Both the position numbers and the translations under genes were made by a program. A stretch of DNA of 64,000 bases from Candidatus Woesearchaeota archaeon (GTDB lineage Archaea > Nanobdellota > Nanobdellia > Woesearchaeales > SKIA01), in the NCBI GenBank assembly GCA_046704725.1, contig JBJKRI010000005.1:32001-96000 (forward strand), given 5' to 3'. The notes below the pieces were generated by a model. The model did not search any database. It was not told the origin of the DNA and saw only the letters and a list, made by a program, of their open reading frames with translations. Below are positions 8,923 to 17,386 of the stretch, in pieces (the first letter of the stretch is position 1; each line of letters opens with the position of its first letter).

Positions 8923-9141
8923 ATGAACTGGATCGTGGCGGCGGTCATCGCCCTCCTTCTCATCATCATCGGATTCGCGGTCATCCATCAGATACAGAAG
9001 GGGGCGAACGCGTTGCCGAACGCGGCCAGCGGCGTGCAGTGCCGGGTCACGGGCGGGACGTGCGCGACGAGCTGCACGGGCAGCGCGACGGTCGTCGCTG
9101 CGGACTGCGCTGGAGGGACGCAATGCTGCGTGGCCGGTTGA
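8923..9141 (+). CDS. Small membrane-anchored/pilin-like protein with beta-defensin-like six-Cys head
   Basis: MNWIVAAVIALLLIIIGF; C-x6-C-x3-C-x10-C-x5-CC; 30 nt after CTTAAATA. Confidence 0.7.
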   Translation: MNWIVAAVIALLLIIIGFAVIHQIQKGANALPNAASGVQCRVTGGTCATSCTGSATVVAADCAGGTQCCVAG

Positions 9142-9842
9142 ATGGACGTAAGGGACAGGACATCATGGGAGGGCGCATCATCCTCACGCTCCTGCTCACG
9201 ATAGCCACCATCGGTCTCGGGGTCGTCGTCATCGGCATACCGCTCTATCATTCGGTCTTCGGCACGGACACCATCGGCGTGCAACAGCTCGCGCAGCGCG
9301 CGGACTTCCTCGTCCACGGCGGGACGGCGGCGGCATTCGACGCGACCAAACAGGGGACGACGTACGCACGCACAGAATACCTGTTCAGCCCGAACAAGGA
9401 CGTGCTCTTGGTGGGCTTCGGGACGGGACAGAAGACCGTCGACGGCACGAGCAACGCCTTGTACGATCCGTCGCTGGTGCCGTACGGGATCATCCAACGT
9501 CCCGATTCGTGCGGCAAGCAGGCGTGCGTATGCCAGCTCACCTACAAGACGCATTCGCGGACGACCACGCGGAGCGGCTCGGGAGCGGGCAGCACCATCG
9601 AGGTGACAGGAACCTCGTGCTATCCTATCAAGGCGGATACGTTGGGCATCCTGCGGCTCGACAGCACGACGGCCGCGACCGCGGACCAGCACCTCGAGCA
9701 CATGATCATCCCCGTGTCGAAGGGGGACACGCAGTTGCTGGACATCGAGTACGACCCGAAACGCACGCCGCCGACGCTGCTCATCACGCCGCTTCCCGCC
9801 AAGGGAGGGAACTTCTGCTGGGCCTGCCCCAAGCAGCCCTGA
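9138..9842 (+). CDS. Pilin-like protein
   Basis: TTG start overlapping upstream stop; MNGRKG/QDIMGGRIILTLLLTIATIGLG; CGKQACVC motif. Confidence 0.65.
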   Translation: MNGRKGQDIMGGRIILTLLLTIATIGLGVVVIGIPLYHSVFGTDTIGVQQLAQRADFLVHGGTAAAFDATKQGTTYARTEYLFSPNKDVLLVGFGTGQKTVDGTSNALYDPSLVPYGIIQRPDSCGKQACVCQLTYKTHSRTTTRSGSGAGSTIEVTGTSCYPIKADTLGILRLDSTTAATADQHLEHMIIPVSKGDTQLLDIEYDPKRTPPTLLITPLPAKGGNFCWACPKQP

Positions 9843-9850
9843 AGGCCACA

Positions 9851-9879
9851 TTTAAATACGCATTTCGGGAGAGCGCGGC
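9851..9879 (+). promoter_or_regulatory. Archaeal TATA promoter, leaderless transcript
   Basis: TTTAAATACGCATTTCGGGAG; ATG 29 nt downstream. Confidence 0.65.
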
Positions 9880-10701
9880 ATGCGAAGAGGGGAGGTCTCC
9901 TGGCTCACCAACGTCCTCATGCAGGTCGTTCTCGCCACAGCGATCGTCGCGCTCTTCTGGTTCCCCTACCAGCAGGACGCCTTCAACGGGAAGCTCTACC
10001 AGGAGAAAGCCTACACGACGGACAACGCATTGCTCTTGAGCACGCTCCACGCCATCCCATCGGGGACGATGCGCGTGACCTACCTGCTCGACGACCCGTC
10101 ATACACGATCTGGCTCAGTCAAGGGACTGTGTTATTCACGCGCGGCGCCAGTGGGAGCAGCCCCACCAAAGGGATATTCGCGAAGGACCAGGACGTGCGC
10201 ATCTCCCCGTACACGTTCAGCCCGCAATACTTCCAGTATATCAAGACGCCGTCCGATCTCTCCGTACAGGTCGTCGCCCAGGCGGACCAGTGCGCGATGC
10301 CCGCGCAACCCGTGGACTGGAACGGCAAGACCGTCGCGTGGACGGGAGACGCCGAAGCCGCGCGCATCCTCGGCGACGGACTGTTCCGCGTGAGCCCGCA
10401 AGTCGTGAAGGCAAGCTCCAGCACTGCACCGGTGACGACGCTCGACTACACGATTGGGAAGCAATCGGGCTACATCATCGTGCACGGCACCGGCATGGCA
10501 TCCTCGGCTATCGCCTGCCTCGCCGACCAGGAATTCACCGACAGGGGATTGACGCCCGTGACGGTGCGCACGGACCCGACCGTGCAAGGGGTCACGCTCA
10601 GCGTCCCGAAGAGCCATGACACGAACACAGTACACGACGCCATGAGCTGCGCGTACAACCGATTCGTCGCGCCGGAGGTGGTCAAGCGTGGATGTCAGTA
10701 G
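9880..10701 (+). CDS. Pilin-like protein with C-terminal alpha/beta domain
   Basis: MRRG/EVSWLTNVLMQVVLATAIVALF; 29 nt after TTTAAATA. Confidence 0.7.
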   Translation: MRRGEVSWLTNVLMQVVLATAIVALFWFPYQQDAFNGKLYQEKAYTTDNALLLSTLHAIPSGTMRVTYLLDDPSYTIWLSQGTVLFTRGASGSSPTKGIFAKDQDVRISPYTFSPQYFQYIKTPSDLSVQVVAQADQCAMPAQPVDWNGKTVAWTGDAEAARILGDGLFRVSPQVVKASSSTAPVTTLDYTIGKQSGYIIVHGTGMASSAIACLADQEFTDRGLTPVTVRTDPTVQGVTLSVPKSHDTNTVHDAMSCAYNRFVAPEVVKRGCQ

Positions 10702-11140
10702 CTCGATACAATGGATCATCTACATCATGCTCGCGATCGCCGCCACCGTCGTGATCGTGCTCGCCGTCGGCTGGCTGATACCGAACATGGACAGTCCAGC
10801 CATGCGCGCGCAGATCGTCGCCGCGCGCGTCACCTACGGGGGCGGCTACATGCCGGAACCAGGGGTCGTGAACCTCGCCGACTTCAACCAGGCCGTGGCG
10901 GACCGGCACCTGCAGTACTCCGACAGCACGCTCTCGCCGTCCATCGGGGTGCGCGTGACCGTCACGGGAGCGAAGGATCCGATATACTACGACAAGAAGG
11001 CGTATGGCGTCGACAAGACATTCCTCTCCGAGCACGTCAACGGCATCGTGAACGACACCTGGGAACTGCCGGTCGTCGTGGACGACGGGAGGACGCAGAA
11101 GAAAGGAACCCTCCTGGTGGAGGTGCTCTATGCGTCGTAA
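10688..11140 (+). CDS. Pilin-like protein
   Basis: N-terminal helix IQWIIYIMLAIAATVVIVLAVGW; overlaps both neighbours. Confidence 0.65.
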   Translation: MDVSSSIQWIIYIMLAIAATVVIVLAVGWLIPNMDSPAMRAQIVAARVTYGGGYMPEPGVVNLADFNQAVADRHLQYSDSTLSPSIGVRVTVTGAKDPIYYDKKAYGVDKTFLSEHVNGIVNDTWELPVVVDDGRTQKKGTLLVEVLYAS

Positions 11141-11690
11141 GGGGCAGGTCGAGAGCCTGGGGACGATTTTCTGGGGGGCGCTCCTGCTCATCATCTGCCT
11201 GCTGTTCAGCATACTCTTCTGGGTGGTGAACGGGCATCTGCACGACGCGGCCTTCACCAAGGACCAGCGCGTGGACTGGGAGGCGGGATACCTCACGAGC
11301 AGCCTCGCGCGTTCTCTAGTGACTGTGGACGGCAAGACGGAGAGCTTCGCCACATACCTCGACACGCACCAGGGAACGCTGGACCAGAACCTCGTGCAAT
11401 CGCATCTGGACGCCTTCCGGGCATCCGTGCACATCCCTGAGAGGAAGGTGCTCCTCTTCGTGTCGGTCAAGAAGACCTACATCTCCTCCGTGGACGAAGG
11501 TTTCGACTCGTCGACAGAGAGCATCATCGCGTCGCTTGGGACCACGCAAGGAGAGAACACCCTCGCAGCGAACATGTACAACACCCCTGCGCAGTACGGC
11601 GACCTGTCCTTCGTGGAGCTGCCCGGAGGGATGGGGATCGGCGCGATAACCTCAGGCACGGACAAGCCAGTCACCGGAGGGCCCGCATGA
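11130..11690 (+). CDS. Pilin-like protein
   Basis: MRRKG/QVESLGTIFWGALLLIICLLF; GGAGGTG RBS. Confidence 0.7.
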   Translation: MRRKGQVESLGTIFWGALLLIICLLFSILFWVVNGHLHDAAFTKDQRVDWEAGYLTSSLARSLVTVDGKTESFATYLDTHQGTLDQNLVQSHLDAFRASVHIPERKVLLFVSVKKTYISSVDEGFDSSTESIIASLGTTQGENTLAANMYNTPAQYGDLSFVELPGGMGIGAITSGTDKPVTGGPA

Positions 11691-13978
11691 GACGCGGACA
11701 GATCTCCTATTTCCCCGTCGTCCTGACGATCGGCGTGACGATCATCTTCGCGCTCGTCCTGGGGCGCTTGCTCGTGGCGGGGCAATTCGACGGCCACCCC
11801 CCAGCCATCGGCGAGAAGCAGGAAGCGGTGCTGCGCGCCTATAGTCGAGCGGATGATATCCGGTTGTACGCTCAGCAGGCCGCGCGGGAGGCCGTGGCTG
11901 AGGCGGAGAAGAGCGGTGACTTCGCAACGCCCATCGCCCAGCGGGCGGCGACGCGTTTCACCGCCCTCATGCGGCAATATCCGTTCGCGAGCATCACTCA
12001 GATGTTCAACGCCAAGCAGGAAGGCGACAGGATCGTCTTCACCTCCGACCAGGATTTGTCAGTTCCCGTCGGCACCGCAGGTGCGGCGACCACCTCTGCG
12101 CCGTCCGGTGCGGGCGTCCTCACGGTCTGGCCGACCGACCATCACGTCATCACGAGCCTTTTCGGCTGGCGCAAGGCGCCGCAGGGAGGGAGCACGTACC
12201 ACCCGGCAATCGACATCCGCGGAGCGGTGGGAGACCCGGTGTACGCCGTGGCCGATGGGACGGCCATCGCAGAGAAGGCGAAGCACCTGCTCCAGCTCAC
12301 CTTGCCCGACGGCTGGACGTGCTGGTACCTCCACATCGACCCGACGGCGAACGGACCTGTCACCGCGGGGGAGAAGGTCGCGACCGTCGGGAACATCCCC
12401 GGCGTGGAGCACCACGTGGACCTGCGCTGCTTCAACGACGCCCTGCTCGGCCCCACACTCGCTGAGAATCTCTGGCCGAAAGACTACGTGAAGGACGGAG
12501 CTGCGACCGGCGACCTGCAATACGCCATCATCTACGACAAGCACGCCTTCGTGGACCCGTACTGCCTGTTTACGCCAGCGCTCCAGCAAGAGGCACTGCA
12601 GAGCGACCTGAAGGACCCGACGCTCGTGGCCGATACGACCGGCTTCACCAAACGGCCGGGCGGGGATGTCGCGACCAAGCTGCAGGACACCTGTCAAGCG
12701 TACGCGGCGCAGCACCTGCTGGCCGCCGCGCAGACGACGAGCGCTTCGACGTCGAGCCCTCCCGTGTCGAACACCGTGCTGCAGAAGACGCTCTCCAACC
12801 TCAAAGACCAACAGGAGCAGGGAAAGAGTCTGTACCAGTGGGTGCAGGATACCGCGAAGAGCGCAGGGGTCGACCCGAACCTTGTCATCGCGGTCATCGC
12901 GCAAGAGAGCCAGGGGGTGATCGACGCGCAAAGTAGGACCGGCGTGCAAGGAGTCATGCAGGTCACCTGTACCACCTTCCAGGACACGTTGCACGTATCG
13001 ACCTGCGACAAGCGCGCCGATCCCGTGCTCAGCATACAGGCGGGGACGTACTATCTCGCGGGCCTGTGGAAGAAGTACGACGGCTACACGCAGCAAGCGG
13101 CATTCACGGCCGCGAACTACAACGGCGGCGGGATGGTGCTGGTCGCCGTCAAGCGCGCAGGAAGCGACCCGTCCTATGACGCCGCGATGGCGCGGTTCAC
13201 CCCGCAGCTCCTCAGCGCAGCCCCCGGATACGCCGGCTGGACCCCGCAGCAGCTCGCCGCGAAAGTGAAGGAGACGACGGACTACGGGAGAAAGGTGTCC
13301 GGGTACTACGGCATGCTCGGCGGAGCGGTGGCTCCCGGCGGAACGAGCCGCACCGATATCGGGACGTACACCTTCGCGCTCATGGTGAGCGCCCCGATTG
13401 ACAAGAGCTACACCGACGTGCTCGACCTGCGAAGCACGCTCTCGAGCTGCGGGACCACCGGTTGCGTGACCCAAGCGTTGCAGCGCAGCGGCGCGACAGC
13501 GTGCTCCGACTACGCGTCAGAACTGCAACGCACCATCACCGAATGTCAGCAGGACCAGGACCAGCACGTCTGTGGCTGCCCGATACCCCTGCCGCCGCTG
13601 GGCGTCGACGCGAAAGTCACACCCGAATCGATACTCATCGGAAAGACCACGACGCCAGTGCAATGGATCGTGCCGCCGGGGGACGCCGTCATCCACGTGA
13701 CCTTCTCCTTGCCGGATACAAACGACCCGCTGCACCCGATCACAGGGGACACGCTCACGCTCTCGGGAACGACGGTCAGGCTCACGGACAGCGCAAACAC
13801 CATCCTGGGCGGCGCTTCCGGGACGCTCGGCACACAGGGCATTATCTACGCGACGAGGCAGCCCGACGGACAGACGCTGCGACTGACGAACACGACGGTC
13901 GGAGCGTGCTTCGCCGGCTATGCGAAAGCCTATTGCCTGGACGGTACGCGCTTCTGGGTGACACAGCAGGTGCCGTGA
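11687..13978 (+). CDS. Pilin-signal protein with M23 metallopeptidase and soluble lytic transglycosylase (SLT) domains
   Basis: MRRG/QISYFPVVLTIG; M23: ITSLFGWR...HPAID...PVYAVADG...YLH...HHVD; SLT: AVIAQES, GVMQV, GTYYL, ANYNGG, ETTDYGRKV. Confidence 0.85.
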   Translation: MRRGQISYFPVVLTIGVTIIFALVLGRLLVAGQFDGHPPAIGEKQEAVLRAYSRADDIRLYAQQAAREAVAEAEKSGDFATPIAQRAATRFTALMRQYPFASITQMFNAKQEGDRIVFTSDQDLSVPVGTAGAATTSAPSGAGVLTVWPTDHHVITSLFGWRKAPQGGSTYHPAIDIRGAVGDPVYAVADGTAIAEKAKHLLQLTLPDGWTCWYLHIDPTANGPVTAGEKVATVGNIPGVEHHVDLRCFNDALLGPTLAENLWPKDYVKDGAATGDLQYAIIYDKHAFVDPYCLFTPALQQEALQSDLKDPTLVADTTGFTKRPGGDVATKLQDTCQAYAAQHLLAAAQTTSASTSSPPVSNTVLQKTLSNLKDQQEQGKSLYQWVQDTAKSAGVDPNLVIAVIAQESQGVIDAQSRTGVQGVMQVTCTTFQDTLHVSTCDKRADPVLSIQAGTYYLAGLWKKYDGYTQQAAFTAANYNGGGMVLVAVKRAGSDPSYDAAMARFTPQLLSAAPGYAGWTPQQLAAKVKETTDYGRKVSGYYGMLGGAVAPGGTSRTDIGTYTFALMVSAPIDKSYTDVLDLRSTLSSCGTTGCVTQALQRSGATACSDYASELQRTITECQQDQDQHVCGCPIPLPPLGVDAKVTPESILIGKTTTPVQWIVPPGDAVIHVTFSLPDTNDPLHPITGDTLTLSGTTVRLTDSANTILGGASGTLGTQGIIYATRQPDGQTLRLTNTTVGACFAGYAKAYCLDGTRFWVTQQVP

Positions 13979-14030
13979 ACGGAAATACCGGGCATAACCT
14001 ATTTATAGGGCGCTTCCGCCCCTTCTAGAC

Positions 14031-15086
14031 ATGCTGAACATGCCCGTGGGGGACGTCAAGAAGAAGATCCAGGAGCAGGCGGGCCTCACGCAGGAGCAGA
14101 TCGAGGAGCGCATCCAAGAAAAGATGCGACAGCTCGCCGGGCTCATCAGCGAGGAGGGCGCCTGCCACATCATCGCGAACGAACTGAACGTGCAGCTCGT
14201 GCCGGCGCCAAAGGACCGGACGGTCAAGGACCTGCTCCCAGGCATGCGAGATGTCCAGCAGGACCTGCGCGTCATCCAGGTGTACGAATTGCGGACCTTC
14301 AAGAGCAAGTTCAGCGACGGCGAGGGAAAGGTCGCGTCCTTCCTGGGAGGCGACCCGACCGGCGTCATCCGGGTCACGTGCTGGGGAGACCTCGCGGACA
14401 AGGCCGCGTCGCTCAAGCCGCAGCAGGTCGTGCGCGTCAAGAACGGGTACGTGAAGGACAACAACGGCCGCGCGGAGCTCCATCTCAACGACAAGAGCAC
14501 GCTCGAGGCCGACCCGAAAGGAGTGACCGTCGAGACGGCGGGCCGGCGGGAGAACGCCGAGTACGCGCGGCGACGCGTGAACGAGCTCTCGCAAGGGGAT
14601 TTCCGTGTCGAACTGCTCGGGACGGTCGTGCAGGTCTACGACCCGCGTTTTTTCACGCGAAAGGACGGCACGGACGGCGCTGTGGTGAACGTCCTGCTCG
14701 ACGACGGCACGGGGAACGTGCGCATCGGCTGCTTCGACGCGCAAGCGGCGACCGCGCTCGGCCTGGAGCTCGAGAAGCTCTTGGAGCGGAAGGAAGGCTC
14801 GTTCGACGAGGAGAAGACCGCATTATTGGGCAATATCGTGAAGGTGCGCGGGCGCGCCAAGCTCAATACCGTGTACAACAGCATCGAACTCACTGCGGAC
14901 AGCCTCGAGACCGCGCCGGACGCTGCCGAAGAGCTCGAGCGGCTCGGCGTGCAGGACGCGCCGAAAGAGCGGGACTCGGAGCCCGAGGACATTGTGACGG
15001 TCGAGGAGGACGTCGAGGTGGAAGAGGACGCCGTCTCGCTGGACGACCTCGAGGATATCGACCTGGACGACCTCGACACGCCATAG
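14031..15086 (+). CDS. rpa: Replication protein A-like OB-fold ssDNA-binding protein
   Basis: GLISEEGACHIIANEL N-domain; OB folds GDPTGVIRVTCW and LDDGTGNVRI; acidic tail. Confidence 0.85.
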   Translation: MLNMPVGDVKKKIQEQAGLTQEQIEERIQEKMRQLAGLISEEGACHIIANELNVQLVPAPKDRTVKDLLPGMRDVQQDLRVIQVYELRTFKSKFSDGEGKVASFLGGDPTGVIRVTCWGDLADKAASLKPQQVVRVKNGYVKDNNGRAELHLNDKSTLEADPKGVTVETAGRRENAEYARRRVNELSQGDFRVELLGTVVQVYDPRFFTRKDGTDGAVVNVLLDDGTGNVRIGCFDAQAATALGLELEKLLERKEGSFDEEKTALLGNIVKVRGRAKLNTVYNSIELTADSLETAPDAAEELERLGVQDAPKERDSEPEDIVTVEEDVEVEEDAVSLDDLEDIDLDDLDTP

Positions 15087-15093
15087 CTCGGCG

Positions 15094-15795
15094 CTAGCGT
15101 ATCCACAAGTCTTGCGGCGGAATCCTTCCAAGGACCAGGAGGTAATAATCCTTGTCCTGGAGCGCGTGCATTATAGTGTCTTCTCCTTCAGTGCGACAAG
15201 CTTCCCTGAAGCTATCGAAGGTGCCGAAAGGGCTTTTCAGGCGCTTGTGGAATTTGGACCGCTGGATCAGTTCGGCCTGGGCGAGAGCTGGTGCGTCACC
15301 GTTGACACTGCATATCCGTAAGGGATACGATCCGCGCTTGAGCGCCCAGGCAAGCGCGCTCTTCACCTCGTTCATCGAATAGCCTTCTGGGAGAGTAGGC
15401 CTGTGTTCGAGGATGTCGCGTGCCAAGTGTGCGATATTCGATGGCAATGCGCCCCCGCGATCCTTCAGGACGCCCATGTAGTACGACAGCTGCACAGGGT
15501 CGGGCGTGAAGCTCACACCTTGGCGTTCAAGATCTTGCAGTGTCACTCTAGCAGCGACCTGAGCGGATACAGGCTTGCCGCCCCATCGCAGGGTGAATGC
15601 GAAGCCTCGTCGCTCCAATGCGGAGATCAGTTCGAGGAATCGCACAATCCTTGGGACCCAGTCGTGATAGGGGTTCTTGGACGGGTCGAGACCGTGGCGC
15701 TTCATGTCTGCAGTGTATTCGTCGCTGTACGCCCTGTGCAGCAATACAGGCGCGACGAGCTGCTGGTACGCTCTTTGTAGGTCTTCGTCATCCAT
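15094..15795 (-). CDS. Hypothetical protein
   Basis: Long ORF with lower GC; start MDDEDL sits 30 nt from the TATA box at 15825. Confidence 0.55.
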   Translation of the reverse strand: MDDEDLQRAYQQLVAPVLLHRAYSDEYTADMKRHGLDPSKNPYHDWVPRIVRFLELISALERRGFAFTLRWGGKPVSAQVAARVTLQDLERQGVSFTPDPVQLSYYMGVLKDRGGALPSNIAHLARDILEHRPTLPEGYSMNEVKSALAWALKRGSYPLRICSVNGDAPALAQAELIQRSKFHKRLKSPFGTFDSFREACRTEGEDTIMHALQDKDYYLLVLGRIPPQDLWIR

Positions 15796-15824
15796 CTCCC
15801 TAGCCTGTTGCGCGAAGGGCACCA

Positions 15825-15832
15825 TTTATATA
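15825..15832. promoter_or_regulatory. Bidirectional TATA box
   Basis: TTTATATA lies about 30 nt from both the 15795(-) and 15855(+) starts. Confidence 0.5.
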
Positions 15833-15854
15833 TTGCCTTTTCCAGGAAGAGGGC

Positions 15855-16094
15855 GTGGCAGAGCACGTATTCCTCGCGGTCATCCTCATCGCTATCGTCG
15901 CGGTCGTGGCGCTCGCGATCGCCGACACCTCGAACAGCGCGGGACAGGCCTACCAGGGGAACGTCGCCACGCAGCACTGCACGCCCACGCGCATGTGCGC
16001 GGGAAGCAAGCTCGAGATCATCAAGAGCGACTGCTCGGTGGAGGAGGCCTACTGCCAGAGCGGCTGCGACTCGGCGCGCGGCGTCTGCATGTGA
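15855..16094 (+). CDS. Small Cys-rich membrane/secreted protein
   Basis: N-terminal TM followed by several Cys (YCQSGCDSARGVC). Confidence 0.6.
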   Translation: MAEHVFLAVILIAIVAVVALAIADTSNSAGQAYQGNVATQHCTPTRMCAGSKLEIIKSDCSVEEAYCQSGCDSARGVCM

Positions 16095-16097
16095 GCG

Positions 16098-16943
16098 GTG
16101 GTCCTCGAACACCTCTTCCCGGAAGACTGGCTCGAGAGGAAACCGAGATACGCGTTCATCCTTGGGGTTGTCTATAGCATCGTCGGCATCCTGGTCGCGC
16201 GGCTCTTGTTCCCCAGCGACCCCGCACTGGTCGCGGTGGCCTTCATCAGCATCCTGCTGCTCCCTGAACTGCGCAAGATATTCGCCATCGAGGAGCGCCA
16301 GGAGCGTCATGACAAGCGCGTGAGCCTCAAACGATTGTGGAGGGACGACCACGACGTCATCGCCGTGTACCTCTGCCTGTTCCTGGGCATCTTCATCGTG
16401 TACGCTCTCGCGACAGTGTGGCTGCCGTCGTTCTCCGTCAACGCGTTGTTCCGGCAGCAGCTCGCGTACCGCGGAGCGGCGTTGGGCAATGCGGCGGGAA
16501 CGGGCGTGTTCTGGAGCATCCTCTCCAACAACATCCTCGTATTGCTCGGCGTCTTCTTGTTCGGATTGCTCGCGGGGGATGGAGCTATCTTCCTGATCGC
16601 GTGGAACGCCTCGGTGTGGGGCACCTTGTTCGCGGCGAGCGCGCGCAGCGCGAGCAGCGTGCTCGGCGGAGCGCCCATCTGGTTGCTCGGATTGGTATTG
16701 CTCATCGTCTTGCCGCACATGCTGCTCGAAGCGACGAGCTACATCATGGCCGCCATCAGCGGCTCGCTCATCAGCAAGGGGGTGGAGAAGGAGACGGGAA
16801 AGGTGCAATCGAAGGTGCTCAACTACAATCTCGTCCTGCTCGGACTGTCGCTGGTGGTACTGCTGGTCGGGGTGCTCGTCGAGACCTGGGTGCTCGGGCA
16901 CGTCACGCTCTACCAGCGCATCATCCAGGCGGGGCTGCACTGA
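16098..16943 (+). CDS. SpoIIM/DUF95-family membrane protein
   Basis: ILSNNI, WNASVWG and LPHMLLEATSY motifs. Confidence 0.8.
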   Translation: MVLEHLFPEDWLERKPRYAFILGVVYSIVGILVARLLFPSDPALVAVAFISILLLPELRKIFAIEERQERHDKRVSLKRLWRDDHDVIAVYLCLFLGIFIVYALATVWLPSFSVNALFRQQLAYRGAALGNAAGTGVFWSILSNNILVLLGVFLFGLLAGDGAIFLIAWNASVWGTLFAASARSASSVLGGAPIWLLGLVLLIVLPHMLLEATSYIMAAISGSLISKGVEKETGKVQSKVLNYNLVLLGLSLVVLLVGVLVETWVLGHVTLYQRIIQAGLH

Positions 16944-17386
16944 TGCGGGGAACGACCCACCTCCTGTTCGGGCTCGTGCTCGCGGCGGTGTTCACGCAGG
17001 TCCATAGCTTTGCGAACCCGTTGCTCGCTGTCGTCCTCATCCTGCTCGGGAGCCTGTTGCCCGACCTCGACGAGCGGCACAGCACGCTCGGACGGAAAGT
17101 GCCGATCGTGGGCTTCCTCATCAAGCATCGCACCTTCTTCCACAGCCTGCTCTTCCTGGTGGCAGTGACCATCCTCTTGTGGGCGGTCGTGCCGGCGTGG
17201 TACGTCATCGCTTTCGCCGCAGCGGTGCTCGGGCACCTGTTCTTGGACGCGCTCACACCGCAAGGGGTGCGGCCGTTCTGGCCGTCGAAGCTGCGCGTGC
17301 GCGGTTTCGTCAGAACGGGAGGGGTGCTCGAGAAGCTCGTCGCCGCGGCCGCCGTGGTGGCGTTCGTCTGGCTGCTCTTGCGCTAG
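16943..17386 (+). CDS. YdjM-family membrane metal-dependent hydrolase
   Basis: TH, GSLLPDLD, HRTFFHS, HLFLDALTPQG. Confidence 0.85.
   Translation: MRGTTHLLFGLVLAAVFTQVHSFANPLLAVVLILLGSLLPDLDERHSTLGRKVPIVGFLIKHRTFFHSLLFLVAVTILLWAVVPAWYVIAFAAAVLGHLFLDALTPQGVRPFWPSKLRVRGFVRTGGVLEKLVAAAAVVAFVWLLLR

Noticed and set aside
11687-13978. Prophage tail lysin / provirus
   Set aside because: No capsid, terminase, portal or integrase genes nearby; the protein has a class III signal and is coupled to the pilin genes.
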